Below are positions 51,738 to 62,675 of a stretch of DNA of 64,000 bases, piece by piece. The stretch comes from Candidatus Obscuribacterales bacterium (GTDB taxonomy: Bacteria; Cyanobacteriota; Vampirovibrionia; Obscuribacterales; Obscuribacteraceae). The stretch covers positions 1,984,001 to 2,048,000 of the forward strand of contig CBDDIJ010000003.1 of NCBI GenBank assembly GCA_965228855.1, written 5' to 3'. The first letter of the stretch is position 1; the number at the start of each line of letters is the position of its first letter. The notes under the pieces are model-generated. The model was not told the DNA's origin. It did no database searches and saw only the letters and a program-made list of their open reading frames with translations. A program made the position numbers and the translations under genes.

Positions 51738-52946
51738 TCAGGAGTAGTCTCCTCGGTCCTTTTTGTAACCGTCGATCTGCTTAATGGCAAACTCGACTGT
51801 TTTGCGAATCAAATCGAGGGTGCCACTGTAATTGGCGATATGCCGCGACCGGAATGTCGCGGGCACCAATTGAAGCATATCACCGAGTTTTAATTGAAAA
51901 ATATAGCAGCATGATAGGTTTTGAAGCAGACTGTACTCCTGCCCTGCTTCGAATTTTGCCTGACGTTCCATAACTCGAAGAGAACGTTTAAAGTGCTTTT
52001 CGGCGTTCGAGAAATCGTTCTGATTCAAATTCGTCGACGCCAAACCGACCAGATTGCTGACAATATTCGGATTGTCAGCGCCCCAGAGTTTTTCTGCACT
52101 GGCTAGAGCTCTGGTATGTAGCCTCTCGGCCTCATCAAGATTTCCCTTAGCATTACATATGGTGGCAAGCCGTTCCATCATACGAATCTTGTATTCGTTA
52201 TCCGCCGGTAACTTCGACAAAATGTCGACACCGCGACGCGCAATAGGCTCAGCCTTTTCAAACATCAATGTCCGAACATACTGAGTCGACAAATGATAAA
52301 GAGTCACGCCCACCTCAGGGTGATCAGGACCGAGCGCTTTCTCCTTAATCGCAAGAGCCTTTCGCCCAAGTGCTCCTGCCATAGTGAAGTTTTCAGCAAG
52401 CGCGTGACACTGAGAAAGCTCATCCAGCGTCTCTCCGACCAGTCGATCTTCTTCACCAAGTTTACTTCGACGTATGCCGAGTGATTTATTTAAATACGAT
52501 TCTGATTCATCAACTTTGTTGGCGAGATAGGAGCCACTGAGACCGACCCGAGAGGCGGCTGCCGCAATTGCAAGGTCGTTGGCTCCGACAGTTTTTTCAA
52601 TTGTTTCAAACGCCTTTGTAGCCAGGTCGTGAGCCTCTTCGAAGTCTTGTTTGGAAATGGCCAGATCGGCTCGGTAAAGGTCAACCAGGGCAACCTCTTT
52701 GCTCTCGGCACCGTAAATTTCCGACTTGATTTCACGGCTTCTCGAAAAACTTTCGTCCGCGGCATCATATTTTGCCAACCAGATTTGACTGCGCCCCAGC
52801 CACTCTAGAGCCTCCGCATATTCAGATCTTTTAGTCTCGTTCCCTTTGAGACTTTCTACAGCAGATGCAAACGTCTGCTCGGACTCTTTGAACTCGCCAC
52901 GAAGGTATTGGGCCGCGCCGTCATCAATTGCTTTTTCCCAGCTCAT
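51738..52946 (-). CDS. TPR-repeat protein (kinesin-light-chain-like 42-aa repeats)
   Basis: LGPDHPEVG and ALAIKEKALG-type repeats; GAGG RBS. Confidence 0.88.
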   Translation of the reverse strand: MSWEKAIDDGAAQYLRGEFKESEQTFASAVESLKGNETKRSEYAEALEWLGRSQIWLAKYDAADESFSRSREIKSEIYGAESKEVALVDLYRADLAISKQDFEEAHDLATKAFETIEKTVGANDLAIAAAASRVGLSGSYLANKVDESESYLNKSLGIRRSKLGEEDRLVGETLDELSQCHALAENFTMAGALGRKALAIKEKALGPDHPEVGVTLYHLSTQYVRTLMFEKAEPIARRGVDILSKLPADNEYKIRMMERLATICNAKGNLDEAERLHTRALASAEKLWGADNPNIVSNLVGLASTNLNQNDFSNAEKHFKRSLRVMERQAKFEAGQEYSLLQNLSCCYIFQLKLGDMLQLVPATFRSRHIANYSGTLDLIRKTVEFAIKQIDGYKKDRGDYS

Positions 52947-53125
52947 TCGTCATCCTCAGGTAGGTCTAATTCTTCTTATACCTCCTATTTAGCAACTTAG
53001 CTCGAGGTTAAACCCCGAGTCTTAATCATTCTACTGACAACATAAAGGGAAGCTTTTGAAGCCGAACTTCGGATTCAATTACCTGTATGATTGATGGACT
53101 ACCAAACGTTGTTATCAATAGAACT

Positions 53126-53968
53126 ATGGCGTATTTAGCAGAAATCAGCAGAGCAAACCCATCCTGTTTCGTGTTCCTGATCGATCAATCGGGCTCAATG
53201 CAGGACCCGTTCGGCTCCGTCACCGGAACGAAGACAAAGGCGATGGGTGTCGCCGACGCAATCAATAGATTGCTGCAAAATCTTGTCATCAAATGCACAA
53301 AATCGGAAGGCATTCGTGACTACTATCACGTCGCTGTTGTTGGTTATGGCGGCAAGGGCGTGAAGCCCGCCTTCGGTGGCGCACTTGAAAATAAAACGCT
53401 AATTCCAGTGAGCGAAATTGGAAACAATCCATATCGTCTGGAAGAGCGGCGCAAGAAGACCGAAGATAGCTCTGGTGCTGTTGTAGAGCAGACCATCAGG
53501 TTTCCCGTGTGGTTCGAGCCTGTCGCCTATGGCGGCACGCCGATGAACTCTGCTTTGCAGCAAGCCACATCGATCGTCGTAAAATGGCTTGCTGAGCACC
53601 CTCACTGCTTCCCACCCATAGTCATTAACATCTCGGACGGCGAATCAACTGACGGAGATCCGTTCCAATCCGCCTACGATTTGATGACTCTTTCGAGCAC
53701 CGACGGCGACGTTTTGCTGTTCAACGTGCACATCTCATCATCGAATCACCAACCAATCGAATATCCGGACAATGAGGCCGTTCTTCCGGACCAGCATGCA
53801 AAATTGCTGTTCACAATGTCGAGTCCATTACCTGATTACATGCGAAAAATGGTGGGCAATGAGGGAATCGACATCTCGTACAACACACGAGGTTTCGTGT
53901 TCAATGCTGATCTGGTGTCAGTGATTCGATTCCTCGACATCGGCACGCGACCAAGCAACATGCGTTAG
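53126..53968 (+). CDS. vWA-domain protein (TerY/YegL-like)
   Basis: MIDAS motif FLIDQSGSM, GGTPM, NISDGE. Confidence 0.9.
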   Translation: MAYLAEISRANPSCFVFLIDQSGSMQDPFGSVTGTKTKAMGVADAINRLLQNLVIKCTKSEGIRDYYHVAVVGYGGKGVKPAFGGALENKTLIPVSEIGNNPYRLEERRKKTEDSSGAVVEQTIRFPVWFEPVAYGGTPMNSALQQATSIVVKWLAEHPHCFPPIVINISDGESTDGDPFQSAYDLMTLSSTDGDVLLFNVHISSSNHQPIEYPDNEAVLPDQHAKLLFTMSSPLPDYMRKMVGNEGIDISYNTRGFVFNADLVSVIRFLDIGTRPSNMR

Positions 53969-54015
53969 TTACGGGGTCTCATCAGACGATATCAGAAACT
54001 GAGTGAAGCTAAGAC

Positions 54016-54756
54016 ATGAAAGTCCGTACGAAAACATTCTGGCTACCGAAGCGCGGCAATGCGACTGAGGAATACGAAGACGCAGCCTGGCCGCTAGATT
54101 CAGTTGACTGCGAAACCGACACTTTCAGATGTGCCGTCGCTGATGGTGCAACGGAAGCATCCTTTTCACGCAGGTGGGCGCAACTGCTTGTTAAAGGTTT
54201 CGATGATGAAACCGAAATCGCTAAACTTGCCGAAGAATGGAATTCCGAAATCAAGGAGATGGAACTTCCGTGGTACGCACAAGAGAAAGCCGAATCAGGT
54301 GCGTTTTCTACGTTTAGTGGACTGATCTTAAAAGACGGAGGCACCACGGGTGGTTCCTACTCAGCAAAACTTCTTGGCGACAGCTGCGTATTTCACATGC
54401 GCGGTGAAACATTGCTCGAGTCTATGCCACTGACGAGTTACGAATGTTTCAACAACTCACCGGCACTGCTCTGCAGCAATTTGTCCAACCATGAAGATGT
54501 TGAGGCTATGTTCAGTTCGAAAGAAGGAACCTGGGAAAACGGAGACCGCTTTCTGCTCGTGACAGACGCAATTGCAGCCTGGACTTTCAAGCGTCAACTC
54601 GAGCACGGTGATGGTTTCAAAAAGCTTCTCGAGATCGACAGCCAGGAAGTTTTAGATAAATTATGTCACGATGCCCGCGAAGAACATGATGAGCAGGGGC
54701 GTCCCAACATGCGCAACGACGACGTCACTCTTCTAATCGTGGAAGTATTCAGTTAG
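54016..54756 (+). CDS. PP2C-like phosphatase (TerY-P/YegK-like)
   Basis: EYEDA, VADGATE, LGDSC, LVTDA, RNDDVT metal-binding motifs. Confidence 0.87.
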   Translation: MKVRTKTFWLPKRGNATEEYEDAAWPLDSVDCETDTFRCAVADGATEASFSRRWAQLLVKGFDDETEIAKLAEEWNSEIKEMELPWYAQEKAESGAFSTFSGLILKDGGTTGGSYSAKLLGDSCVFHMRGETLLESMPLTSYECFNNSPALLCSNLSNHEDVEAMFSSKEGTWENGDRFLLVTDAIAAWTFKRQLEHGDGFKKLLEIDSQEVLDKLCHDAREEHDEQGRPNMRNDDVTLLIVEVFS

Positions 54757-54774
54757 CAAACAGAGGGACACATC

Positions 54775-56280
54775 TTGCTCGATCATTTTTCCGATTCTGC
54801 AATCAAAGTTGTTCAACTCGCTCAGTTGGAAACAGAAGACTTATGTCACGATATCATAGGCACAGAACACCTTTTGCTTGGTTTACTCGCATACGAGATC
54901 GGCACGCCTGCGATTATTTTGAAAGCGCTCGGCATTACGCGCAGGAAAGCGAAGGAAGAAGTACTTCGCATCATGAAACGTGGTGCAAAGGAAAACAACT
55001 CAGTAGACTTCATGTTTACAGTTAGAGCCAAGGCGGTTTTTCGTATGGCGGAAGAAAACCGTGAGCGCAATGAAGACGGCAAAGTAGAACCTGACGATTT
55101 GATGTCGGCGATCCTTTCAGTTCCTCGCTGTACAGCGCAGAAAGTTTTGCACGCCCTGGACGTTGACACCGACGAGCTCATTCTCAGACTCGCCAGCAAA
55201 GGTACGAGCGATACCGAGACTGGTTTAAACGCAATTACTTTCGATCAGTTGAACGAATTGCATCATCGAATTCAGGCAGGCGGAGTTCCAGTTTCTAACG
55301 ATTCCGGACAACAAGCTTTCGGCAACCAGGCTGCAACATCCGACCCGCAGAGTGGAAATAGCGGGCACACTGCCGGCAACGACCCGATGATCGGCTACAT
55401 CATAGATCGAAAATATGAAGTCATATCCGTTCTCGGATATGGTGGAATGGGCGTCGTTTACAAGGTCAATCATCTGGTCTTGGGACGATATTTCGCGATA
55501 AAAATAATCCATCCCTATCTTGCCGCCGATGTGCAAAATCGCAGGCGGTTTCAGCGCGAAGCGCAAGCTGCGAGCCGTTTGACGCACCCAAACCTGGCGA
55601 CTGTTTTTGACTGGGACATAATGGAAGATGGCAGACCGTACATCGTCATGTATTACATTGATGGTGTGAAGCTCACCGATCTCATTCGAGTGAGGCAGAC
55701 CGTCAGTGAAAATTCATGGATATCGATTTTTATGCAGATGTGCGACGCTGTCGCGCATGCGCATGCCAATGGCGTTTTACACAGAGATTTAAAACCGAGC
55801 AACGTCATTTTGAGTAAAACAGACGACGCCTCGCATTTTGTCAAAATCGTCGATTTCGGCATTGCCAAAATTTTGACGCAGAATCCCAGTGAAGCCAAAG
55901 ACCTGACTAAGTCGGGAGAAGTCTTCGGAAGTCCGTTCTATATGAGTCCGGAGCAGTGCATGGGCCGGACGCTGGACGTGCGCTCGGATATTTACGGACT
56001 CGGAGTCGTGATGTACGAGTGCCTGACTGGAAGTTGTCCTTTCGTAGGCGAGAGTCTGTATCACACCATGACCCAACACGTTAACGCGGCACCACCACCG
56101 TTTTCGCAAATTGACCATACAAATCTGATTTCCAAAGACCTGGAAGCAGTCGTTATGAGATGCCTGGCTAAAAGCCCGGACAATCGTTATCAGTCGATGA
56201 CGAGCGTAAAACGCGCGCTCACAATGGCTCTGGGAGCAGCTAGCACCCGCCCTTCCGGCAGCTTCCAAGCTAACGCGTAA
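54775..56280 (+). CDS. Clp N-terminal domain fused to a Ser/Thr kinase
   Basis: FSDSA..VVQLA...IGTEHLLLGLL plus a second Clp-N repeat; GYGGMG, AIK, HRDLKPSN, DFG, SPE; no TM. Confidence 0.9.
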   Translation: MLDHFSDSAIKVVQLAQLETEDLCHDIIGTEHLLLGLLAYEIGTPAIILKALGITRRKAKEEVLRIMKRGAKENNSVDFMFTVRAKAVFRMAEENRERNEDGKVEPDDLMSAILSVPRCTAQKVLHALDVDTDELILRLASKGTSDTETGLNAITFDQLNELHHRIQAGGVPVSNDSGQQAFGNQAATSDPQSGNSGHTAGNDPMIGYIIDRKYEVISVLGYGGMGVVYKVNHLVLGRYFAIKIIHPYLAADVQNRRRFQREAQAASRLTHPNLATVFDWDIMEDGRPYIVMYYIDGVKLTDLIRVRQTVSENSWISIFMQMCDAVAHAHANGVLHRDLKPSNVILSKTDDASHFVKIVDFGIAKILTQNPSEAKDLTKSGEVFGSPFYMSPEQCMGRTLDVRSDIYGLGVVMYECLTGSCPFVGESLYHTMTQHVNAAPPPFSQIDHTNLISKDLEAVVMRCLAKSPDNRYQSMTSVKRALTMALGAASTRPSGSFQANA

Positions 56281-56383
56281 AGCTCCGGGAAGTTATTTTC
56301 CAGAATAACACTGATTCTGACTCTCGCGTTGCTATGATGGTTAGGGGGCTCGGTGCGCAGCATCGGACAGGAGTTAGGGGAGC

Positions 56384-56965
56384 ATGCTCATATTTTTGGC
56401 ATTCGTATTTTTTACGTGTGCCTATTTCGCAGAACCGATCGCGCAAGAATGGCCGACGGTGCAAAAATACGCGACTAACGTTCGCGGCTTTTTTGACGAC
56501 TTCGCTGCCGGCGACCCAGCCAAGATTATCTATTACAAAACAGCCACAGCTGAAATTATGGAACATGGCTTCGAGTCAGCTAATATCAAGTATTCGATCA
56601 GCGGCTATTACATGACGACCGGCATCAGTGCTCGAAACGAACAAGAACGACTCTTGCTGCAAGCAACGCCCAACGGCTCCGGTCTAAATGTCTACTACGA
56701 TCCAAACAATCCAACCATCGTCGTGATGCAGCCCACCTACAATGAAGCGCTGCGTAAGATGAAAGGTGTGTATATTCCAAAGGGCGGGTACAAGGGCAAA
56801 CGAACGTCAGCGCGATTTGTTGAGGGCTACGGGTACAGTCCGATCGTTAACTATGTGAGATTGGCGTGCATCATCGTTGGTGGCGTTCTACTCTATCTTG
56901 GAGCGCAGCCGCCAAAAGCTGATCCATTTGACGGGTTCATCAGACAAGACCAATTCAGGCGCTAG
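56384..56965 (+). CDS. Hypothetical membrane protein (DUF3592-like layout)
   Basis: TM - beta region with VYYDPNNP - TM. Confidence 0.7.
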   Translation: MLIFLAFVFFTCAYFAEPIAQEWPTVQKYATNVRGFFDDFAAGDPAKIIYYKTATAEIMEHGFESANIKYSISGYYMTTGISARNEQERLLLQATPNGSGLNVYYDPNNPTIVVMQPTYNEALRKMKGVYIPKGGYKGKRTSARFVEGYGYSPIVNYVRLACIIVGGVLLYLGAQPPKADPFDGFIRQDQFRR

Positions 56966-57041
56966 TTTCTTATAGAAATTTGAGTCCGGTCAAACCTGCA
57001 TTGAAGCAGGAGTTCGGTACAAAACGGCATAAAAGCAGACG

Positions 57042-58832
57042 TCAGGCGCTTGAGCGTTGTCTGTCAGGGCGCACTTCAGCGAGCAATTCCTGCACTTGTG
57101 AAAGCAGGTTGCCAAAACCGACTCGACTTGTTGCCGACGTGATGATAGGACCTGGTACTTGAGCCGCTAACCAAGCCAGATCTTCGGGTCTGACCTTATC
57201 GGCTTTGTTCAAAACAGTTATTAACGGTTTGTCGACGGCGCCGAGTTCAGCAAGCACGTCAAATACGCTCACAATTTGCTCTAGCACATTCGGGTGACTG
57301 GAATCGACGACGTGAAGAAGCACGTCAGCGGTCTGAGTTTCTTCGAGAGTGGCTCGGAATGCCGCGACCAGCGTGGTCGGCAATTTTTTGATGAAGCCTA
57401 CCGTATCGGAGATCAAAACTGTACTTCCGTCCGGCAAGGAGGTTTTCCTTGTCGTTGGATCTAGAGTCGCAAAAAGTTTATTTTCAACAAACACATCAGA
57501 CTTCGTCAGCGCATTCAGTAGCGTAGATTTACCTGAGTTCGTGTAGCCCACAAGTGCGACTACAGGAAGGTTTTGCGTGACTCTTTGACGACGTTGCGTG
57601 TCACGATAACTGCTGATTCGCTCTGTCTCTTTCTCGAGGTGATTTATTCTCGAACGAATGCGACGTCTATCGACTTCAAGTTTAGTTTCACCAGGACCTC
57701 TCGTGCCGATCCCACCACCCAATCGGGATAGCACAAGCCCTTTCCCGACCAGCCTAGGATACAGATACTTAAGTTGAGCAAGCTCAACTTGCAATTTACC
57801 CTCTTTGGTTTGAGCGCGCTGAGAGAAGATGTCTAAAATCAGTTCAGTCCGATCGAGAACTTTAACGCCGACCATATCTTCGAGATTGCGCTGTTGGGTT
57901 GGGCTTAATTCCTGGTCGATGATAACCAGGTTTGCGCCAAGTTCCTGCGCCATCAAAGCGACTTCCTGAACCTTACCTGAACCCAGGAAATGTTTCGGAT
58001 GCGGTTGTTGTCTGGCTTGAGTAATTCGACCACAGATGGTAGCACCGGCGGTGCGGGCCAGTTGCGCGAGTTCATCAAGGTCATCTTCGACTTGCCACGA
58101 ATCCGACTGACCGTTGATCAGACCGACGAGAACGGCGCGCTCTTCCCCCTCGGCCACCTGGAGACCTGGTGCTTGCTCTCTGAACTCGTCTTCAAGCGAA
58201 TTGATCAGATCGTCGAAATTGTCCTCTCCTGCACCACGGGCGGTTTGAGGCTCCAAAACTTTCCAGAGACGCCCCTGACTATCACGACCAGGCATCAAGT
58301 GTGCGATGTGCACGGCATCAGCCATTTTTGTCTGCTCGCCGCGAGATCTGCTGAACTGTCCGTTCGGATCAACGTCAATTTGCGCAAGAAGATCCAGACG
58401 ATTCTTTGCCAGACATTGCAGACTATCTTTAGTAAAAACAGAAGGTTCATCGCGAGTGGTATCGCTGGCGGTGTTCTCGCCATTCGCTGCAGTCAAAGCC
58501 TTCTTTTTCGCCAACTTCAATGTGTCTGAATTTAGCTGCGTAAAAACAATTCTGTGTCCACAAAACCGTCCAGGTCCGACACGGACTCCGCGCAACTCAG
58601 GCATGTTGACAGCGCTGGGTGGTCCGGCGGTGACGTTGACCACCTGACCGCGACGATTAATTACTACCGAAATGGAAGAGCCGATCTCATGGCTAATCTC
58701 AGCCACAGAATCGGCAAGTTCGAGAGTAAGAACTTTTTCTTTCGGGATGCGTTTTGTAAGCAGACGCTCTAACTGGTGTATCTCTGACTTCTTAAGTCCC
58801 TTGGCATTAGCTAAATCAAGTTTGCCGTGCAA
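57042..58832 (-). CDS. hflX: GTPase HflX, long N-terminal form
   Basis: GYTNSGKST, LFATLD, DTVGF, NKAD, RGPGETKLEVDRR. Confidence 0.96.
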   Translation of the reverse strand: MHGKLDLANAKGLKKSEIHQLERLLTKRIPKEKVLTLELADSVAEISHEIGSSISVVINRRGQVVNVTAGPPSAVNMPELRGVRVGPGRFCGHRIVFTQLNSDTLKLAKKKALTAANGENTASDTTRDEPSVFTKDSLQCLAKNRLDLLAQIDVDPNGQFSRSRGEQTKMADAVHIAHLMPGRDSQGRLWKVLEPQTARGAGEDNFDDLINSLEDEFREQAPGLQVAEGEERAVLVGLINGQSDSWQVEDDLDELAQLARTAGATICGRITQARQQPHPKHFLGSGKVQEVALMAQELGANLVIIDQELSPTQQRNLEDMVGVKVLDRTELILDIFSQRAQTKEGKLQVELAQLKYLYPRLVGKGLVLSRLGGGIGTRGPGETKLEVDRRRIRSRINHLEKETERISSYRDTQRRQRVTQNLPVVALVGYTNSGKSTLLNALTKSDVFVENKLFATLDPTTRKTSLPDGSTVLISDTVGFIKKLPTTLVAAFRATLEETQTADVLLHVVDSSHPNVLEQIVSVFDVLAELGAVDKPLITVLNKADKVRPEDLAWLAAQVPGPIITSATSRVGFGNLLSQVQELLAEVRPDRQRSSA

Positions 58833-58958
58833 TAGGTATTCTCCGTATGAGGCGGCAGTTAAGGTTTCCCATGGTCAGCAACAGTGTTTTGGTAAACAGG
58901 TCTTACTACTGAATAATACCCTTTATGTGCCGATAATTCACGCTGATTTAATCTACGA

Positions 58959-60788
58959 TCAACTGTCGCTGTTCCCGCTATGCCCATTATCAGGGCGTTT
59001 CAGGGTTTCAACCTCTTCTCTAGCCGCCAGTGGAATTTCATATGCATTTGTATTCGCTTGTGTAGCAAGCTCAACCTGTCTCGATGCATCGGACGTCTCT
59101 GAGGCGCTCGTAATTGCGTTCGTTATTGGCTCCGAACCGACAGAATCGCCCGTTCCATCTGGGTCTTTTTTGACTTCCGTGACGATCGCCGGACGCGCAT
59201 CTGAAACACGACGAAACTCGTGAGTAGTTTGTGATCGTCCTTGCTTGCGACGATCCTGGTAGCACGCTTCGACGCGATTCCAGTCTATAACCAGCTTTCC
59301 GCCGCCTGCAAGATGCTGCTCTTCCCAATTCATAACCAGATCCAGACATGCATGGTCTATATAATCGAGGCCTTCCAGGTGCACATGAAGCTCAGTATCG
59401 GGCCGCACGGATTCGAGTGCCTCTGCGAATCTCGGAAGCGATAAAAATGTCGATGCCCCCTTGAGAAAAATATCGGTACGATTGCGATCCGGATCATCGG
59501 CGATGCGGATATCAAGGCGAGAAAAGATATACAGTAGCTTGCAGATCGATAGAGCAACGCCGGTCAGAACACCGGTTAGAAGGTCGACAGAAACAATCAA
59601 AATTACTGTAGTCACATAGATCGCGACTTCCGACTTTCCAAATCGTTTTAGTTCGCTAATCACTTCTTTGAAGTTAGCAAGTTTCCAGCCGGTAAGAACT
59701 AGAAGCGCAGCCAAACTACATGTCGGAATCATTCGAACGACGAACGGCAAGCACGCAACGAATAACAAAAGCCACGCGCCGTGAAGGAAGCCTGACAAAC
59801 GCGTCTTGCCGCCTGCGCTGACATTGACTCCGGAGCGCACCATGACACCAGTCATAGGCAGACCGCCAAAGAAGCCTGCGGTCATGTTTCCGACTCCCTG
59901 GGCGACGAGTTCGCGGTCATAGTTCGTTCGCTCACCCTTATGCAATTTGTCCACGGCAGTGGCCGTCAAAAGCGTCTCGGCTGCGGCGACAAACGCAACG
60001 GCGACACCGTCGAATAAGATTTCCCACGTCATGCACTTCGGCACGATAGACCAGTTGACGCCTTTGAGAGAGCCGAATAGTGACTCGGGAATTTCAACAA
60101 AGTTGATTGGAAGCTTGTAATACCAGGCGACGAAGGTCGCAATCGAAATCGCTATCAACGACCCCGGTAAGAACTTCACAGGTCCGCGTTTCAACTTATC
60201 CCACAGCAATATAACCGCAATCGTCAAAAGACCAACACAAGCTGCAATATGGTGGGCGGCATCTGACGGCACAATGCCCTTCCAGACGGCCATAGGGATT
60301 GAAATCAGGTTGTTTATTCCAGTCCCCTTCGGGGTGTCGTCGACCATGACATGAAACTGTCCGGCGAAAAGCAAGACGCCTATACCCGAAAGCATTCCGT
60401 GAACCACAGATGGTGGCACCGAGCGGAACCATTGAGCCAGGCGCGAATAGCCGACGATCAACTGTACCAGACCGGCCAGCATAATAATTATCATCAGTTT
60501 TTCTGCGCCATGCTCACGAAGCAGTTCGTAGACAATCACGGCGAGACCGGCTGCTGGTCCGCTAATTTGCAGAGAACAACCGCTGAGCGGCGCTACAATC
60601 AATCCACCGATGATACCGGTTATGATGCCAGTCTGAGGAGGCAGACCCGAAGCAATTGCGATACCCATGCACAGGGGCAGCGCGACGAGGAACACGACTA
60701 CCGAAGCAAGCAAATCGTTACCCAAAGATTGCTTATTCCACTTAGGTAAAAAACCCTTGGAATTTACGACGTTTACTGACCTTGTCAT
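58959..60788 (-). CDS. SulP/SLC26 anion transporter with STAS-like domain and acidic tail
   Basis: VALPLCMGIA, SGPAAG, ELVAQG.GN, GGLPMTGVMVRS, IDHA. Confidence 0.93.
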   Translation of the reverse strand: MTRSVNVVNSKGFLPKWNKQSLGNDLLASVVVFLVALPLCMGIAIASGLPPQTGIITGIIGGLIVAPLSGCSLQISGPAAGLAVIVYELLREHGAEKLMIIIMLAGLVQLIVGYSRLAQWFRSVPPSVVHGMLSGIGVLLFAGQFHVMVDDTPKGTGINNLISIPMAVWKGIVPSDAAHHIAACVGLLTIAVILLWDKLKRGPVKFLPGSLIAISIATFVAWYYKLPINFVEIPESLFGSLKGVNWSIVPKCMTWEILFDGVAVAFVAAAETLLTATAVDKLHKGERTNYDRELVAQGVGNMTAGFFGGLPMTGVMVRSGVNVSAGGKTRLSGFLHGAWLLLFVACLPFVVRMIPTCSLAALLVLTGWKLANFKEVISELKRFGKSEVAIYVTTVILIVSVDLLTGVLTGVALSICKLLYIFSRLDIRIADDPDRNRTDIFLKGASTFLSLPRFAEALESVRPDTELHVHLEGLDYIDHACLDLVMNWEEQHLAGGGKLVIDWNRVEACYQDRRKQGRSQTTHEFRRVSDARPAIVTEVKKDPDGTGDSVGSEPITNAITSASETSDASRQVELATQANTNAYEIPLAAREEVETLKRPDNGHSGNSDS

Positions 60789-61000
60789 GCGGTACTCTCG
60801 ATAGTCAACTGAATGGAACTCACGCAGTTGTGTAACGATCTTATTGAAGTTTCACTTTCATCGGGCAAATCTTTAGCATTTTCTTTTTACTGCGCTTCCC
60901 CTCTGCCATCTGGTAGTGTTTCGAGCCTTATTGTCAAGCGCGATCCTTAAACGCAGGCGAGGCTGTAAAGCTTGCTCCCGCGTTCGGTATGATAGGAGAC

Positions 61001-62470
61001 GTGACGAGCTCAATTTTGTGCCGAATGAATCAAAACGCCGACCTCCTGCGAAAATTGAAAACAATCGTCGGCGACGATTACGTTTTAACAGACAAAGAGG
61101 ATCTGATCGTCTACGAGTGCGATGCAGAAACTCTGGACACTGCCCTGCCGGACATAGTTGTCCTTCCTGCGACAACTGAACAGGTCCGCGACGTCATTCT
61201 CGTGGCACGTGAGTATGGAATCTCGATAACTCCGAGAGGAGCGGGCACTGGTCTGTCCGGAGGTGCCACCACCATATCCGGTGGCATAAGTTTGGTCCTC
61301 TCGCGCATGACGAAAATCCTTTCTGTCGATCCGACAGATTCCGTCGCCGTTGTGCAAGTAGGCGCGACAAATTTGTCGGTTTCACAAGCGGCACTACCAT
61401 ATGGCCTGTACTTTGCGCCGGATCCATCCAGCCAAATTGCCTCCACGATTGGTGGCAATGTCGCCGAGAACGCGGGTGGCCCCCATTGCCTCAAATATGG
61501 CATGACCACTGCCCATGTCTTAGGACTGAAGTTTGTAATGATGGACGGTTCCATAGTCAAAATCGGCGGCAAAACACGCGACCTTCTTTCACTGGATTTA
61601 CTCGGAGCAATCGTCGGTTCTGAAGGAACGCTTGGTGTCGCGACCGAAGCCACTCTGCGTTTAATTCCGCGAGCCCAAGCGGTCGAGACGATGCTCGCCT
61701 ATTTCGAGACGGTTGAGTCATGTGGACAGGCGGTATCGGATATAGTGGCAGAGGGAATTATTCCAGCGGCCATGGAGATGATCGACAATTTGACTTTGAA
61801 CGCGGTTGAAGATTACTTGCATATGGGTCTCAATCGAGAAGCCGCGGCGCTGCTCATTGTCGAGTTAGACGGACCGGAAATCGGTATAGCGGTTCATCGA
61901 AAAATTTGCGAAGAGGTTGTTCAGAAAAACCGTTCAATAGGATTGACCTGGGCAACTGACGATGTTCACCGAACCAAAATCTGGAAAGCAAGAAAGGTTT
62001 CATTCGGCGCGCTTGGACGGATTCGACCGAACGGCTATGTGCTCGACGGCGTGATACCACGTTCGAAACTGGCCCAGGCAATCAAGCAAATTCACGAAAT
62101 CGGTTTAAAACATCAATTGATAGTCGCCAACGTATACCATGCCGGCGACGGCAACCTGCATCCCTGCATTCTCTACCATCGTGACAATCACGAGGAAGTC
62201 AACCGCGTGGTGGCAGCCGGGCGTGAGATTCTGGAACTTTGCGTCGAACTCGGCGGTACGCTCTCCGGCGAACACGGAATCGGTGTAGAAAAAATGCTGG
62301 AGATGCCTCTAGTTTTCAACGAAGCCGATCTTCTGGCGATGCGATGGCTCAAAGAATCTTTCGACCCGGACGAACTCGCCAATCCAGCAAAGATGATTCC
62401 GACACCACGCGCCTGCGGAGAATCAGGAAGACCGCTCTCGCGCCACCAGATGATGTCATCCACCTGCTAG
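61001..62470 (+). CDS. glcD: FAD-linked oxidase, glycolate oxidase subunit GlcD-like
   Basis: PRGAGTGLSGG, PDPSS, GGPHCLKYG, HAGDGNLHP, GEHGIG; GTG at 61001 after AGGAG. Confidence 0.88.
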   Translation: MTSSILCRMNQNADLLRKLKTIVGDDYVLTDKEDLIVYECDAETLDTALPDIVVLPATTEQVRDVILVAREYGISITPRGAGTGLSGGATTISGGISLVLSRMTKILSVDPTDSVAVVQVGATNLSVSQAALPYGLYFAPDPSSQIASTIGGNVAENAGGPHCLKYGMTTAHVLGLKFVMMDGSIVKIGGKTRDLLSLDLLGAIVGSEGTLGVATEATLRLIPRAQAVETMLAYFETVESCGQAVSDIVAEGIIPAAMEMIDNLTLNAVEDYLHMGLNREAAALLIVELDGPEIGIAVHRKICEEVVQKNRSIGLTWATDDVHRTKIWKARKVSFGALGRIRPNGYVLDGVIPRSKLAQAIKQIHEIGLKHQLIVANVYHAGDGNLHPCILYHRDNHEEVNRVVAAGREILELCVELGGTLSGEHGIGVEKMLEMPLVFNEADLLAMRWLKESFDPDELANPAKMIPTPRACGESGRPLSRHQMMSSTC

Positions 62471-62675
62471 GTGAGACGCCCTCCTTAGCGTCGCGTCACT
62501 TCACAGGTGAATTCGGCTAAGAGCTCTGCACACAAAGCTTTCGGGTAATTTCACACTTGCTTCGATCCTCGAAAGCCAGCAAAATCGTTCCCTTAATAGG
62601 GGATCCAATCCTAAGGGGTGCAAAAGGCCTGGGACTCGTATAGCGCAAGTTCCGCACTGAGGTAATCCGCGCGAC

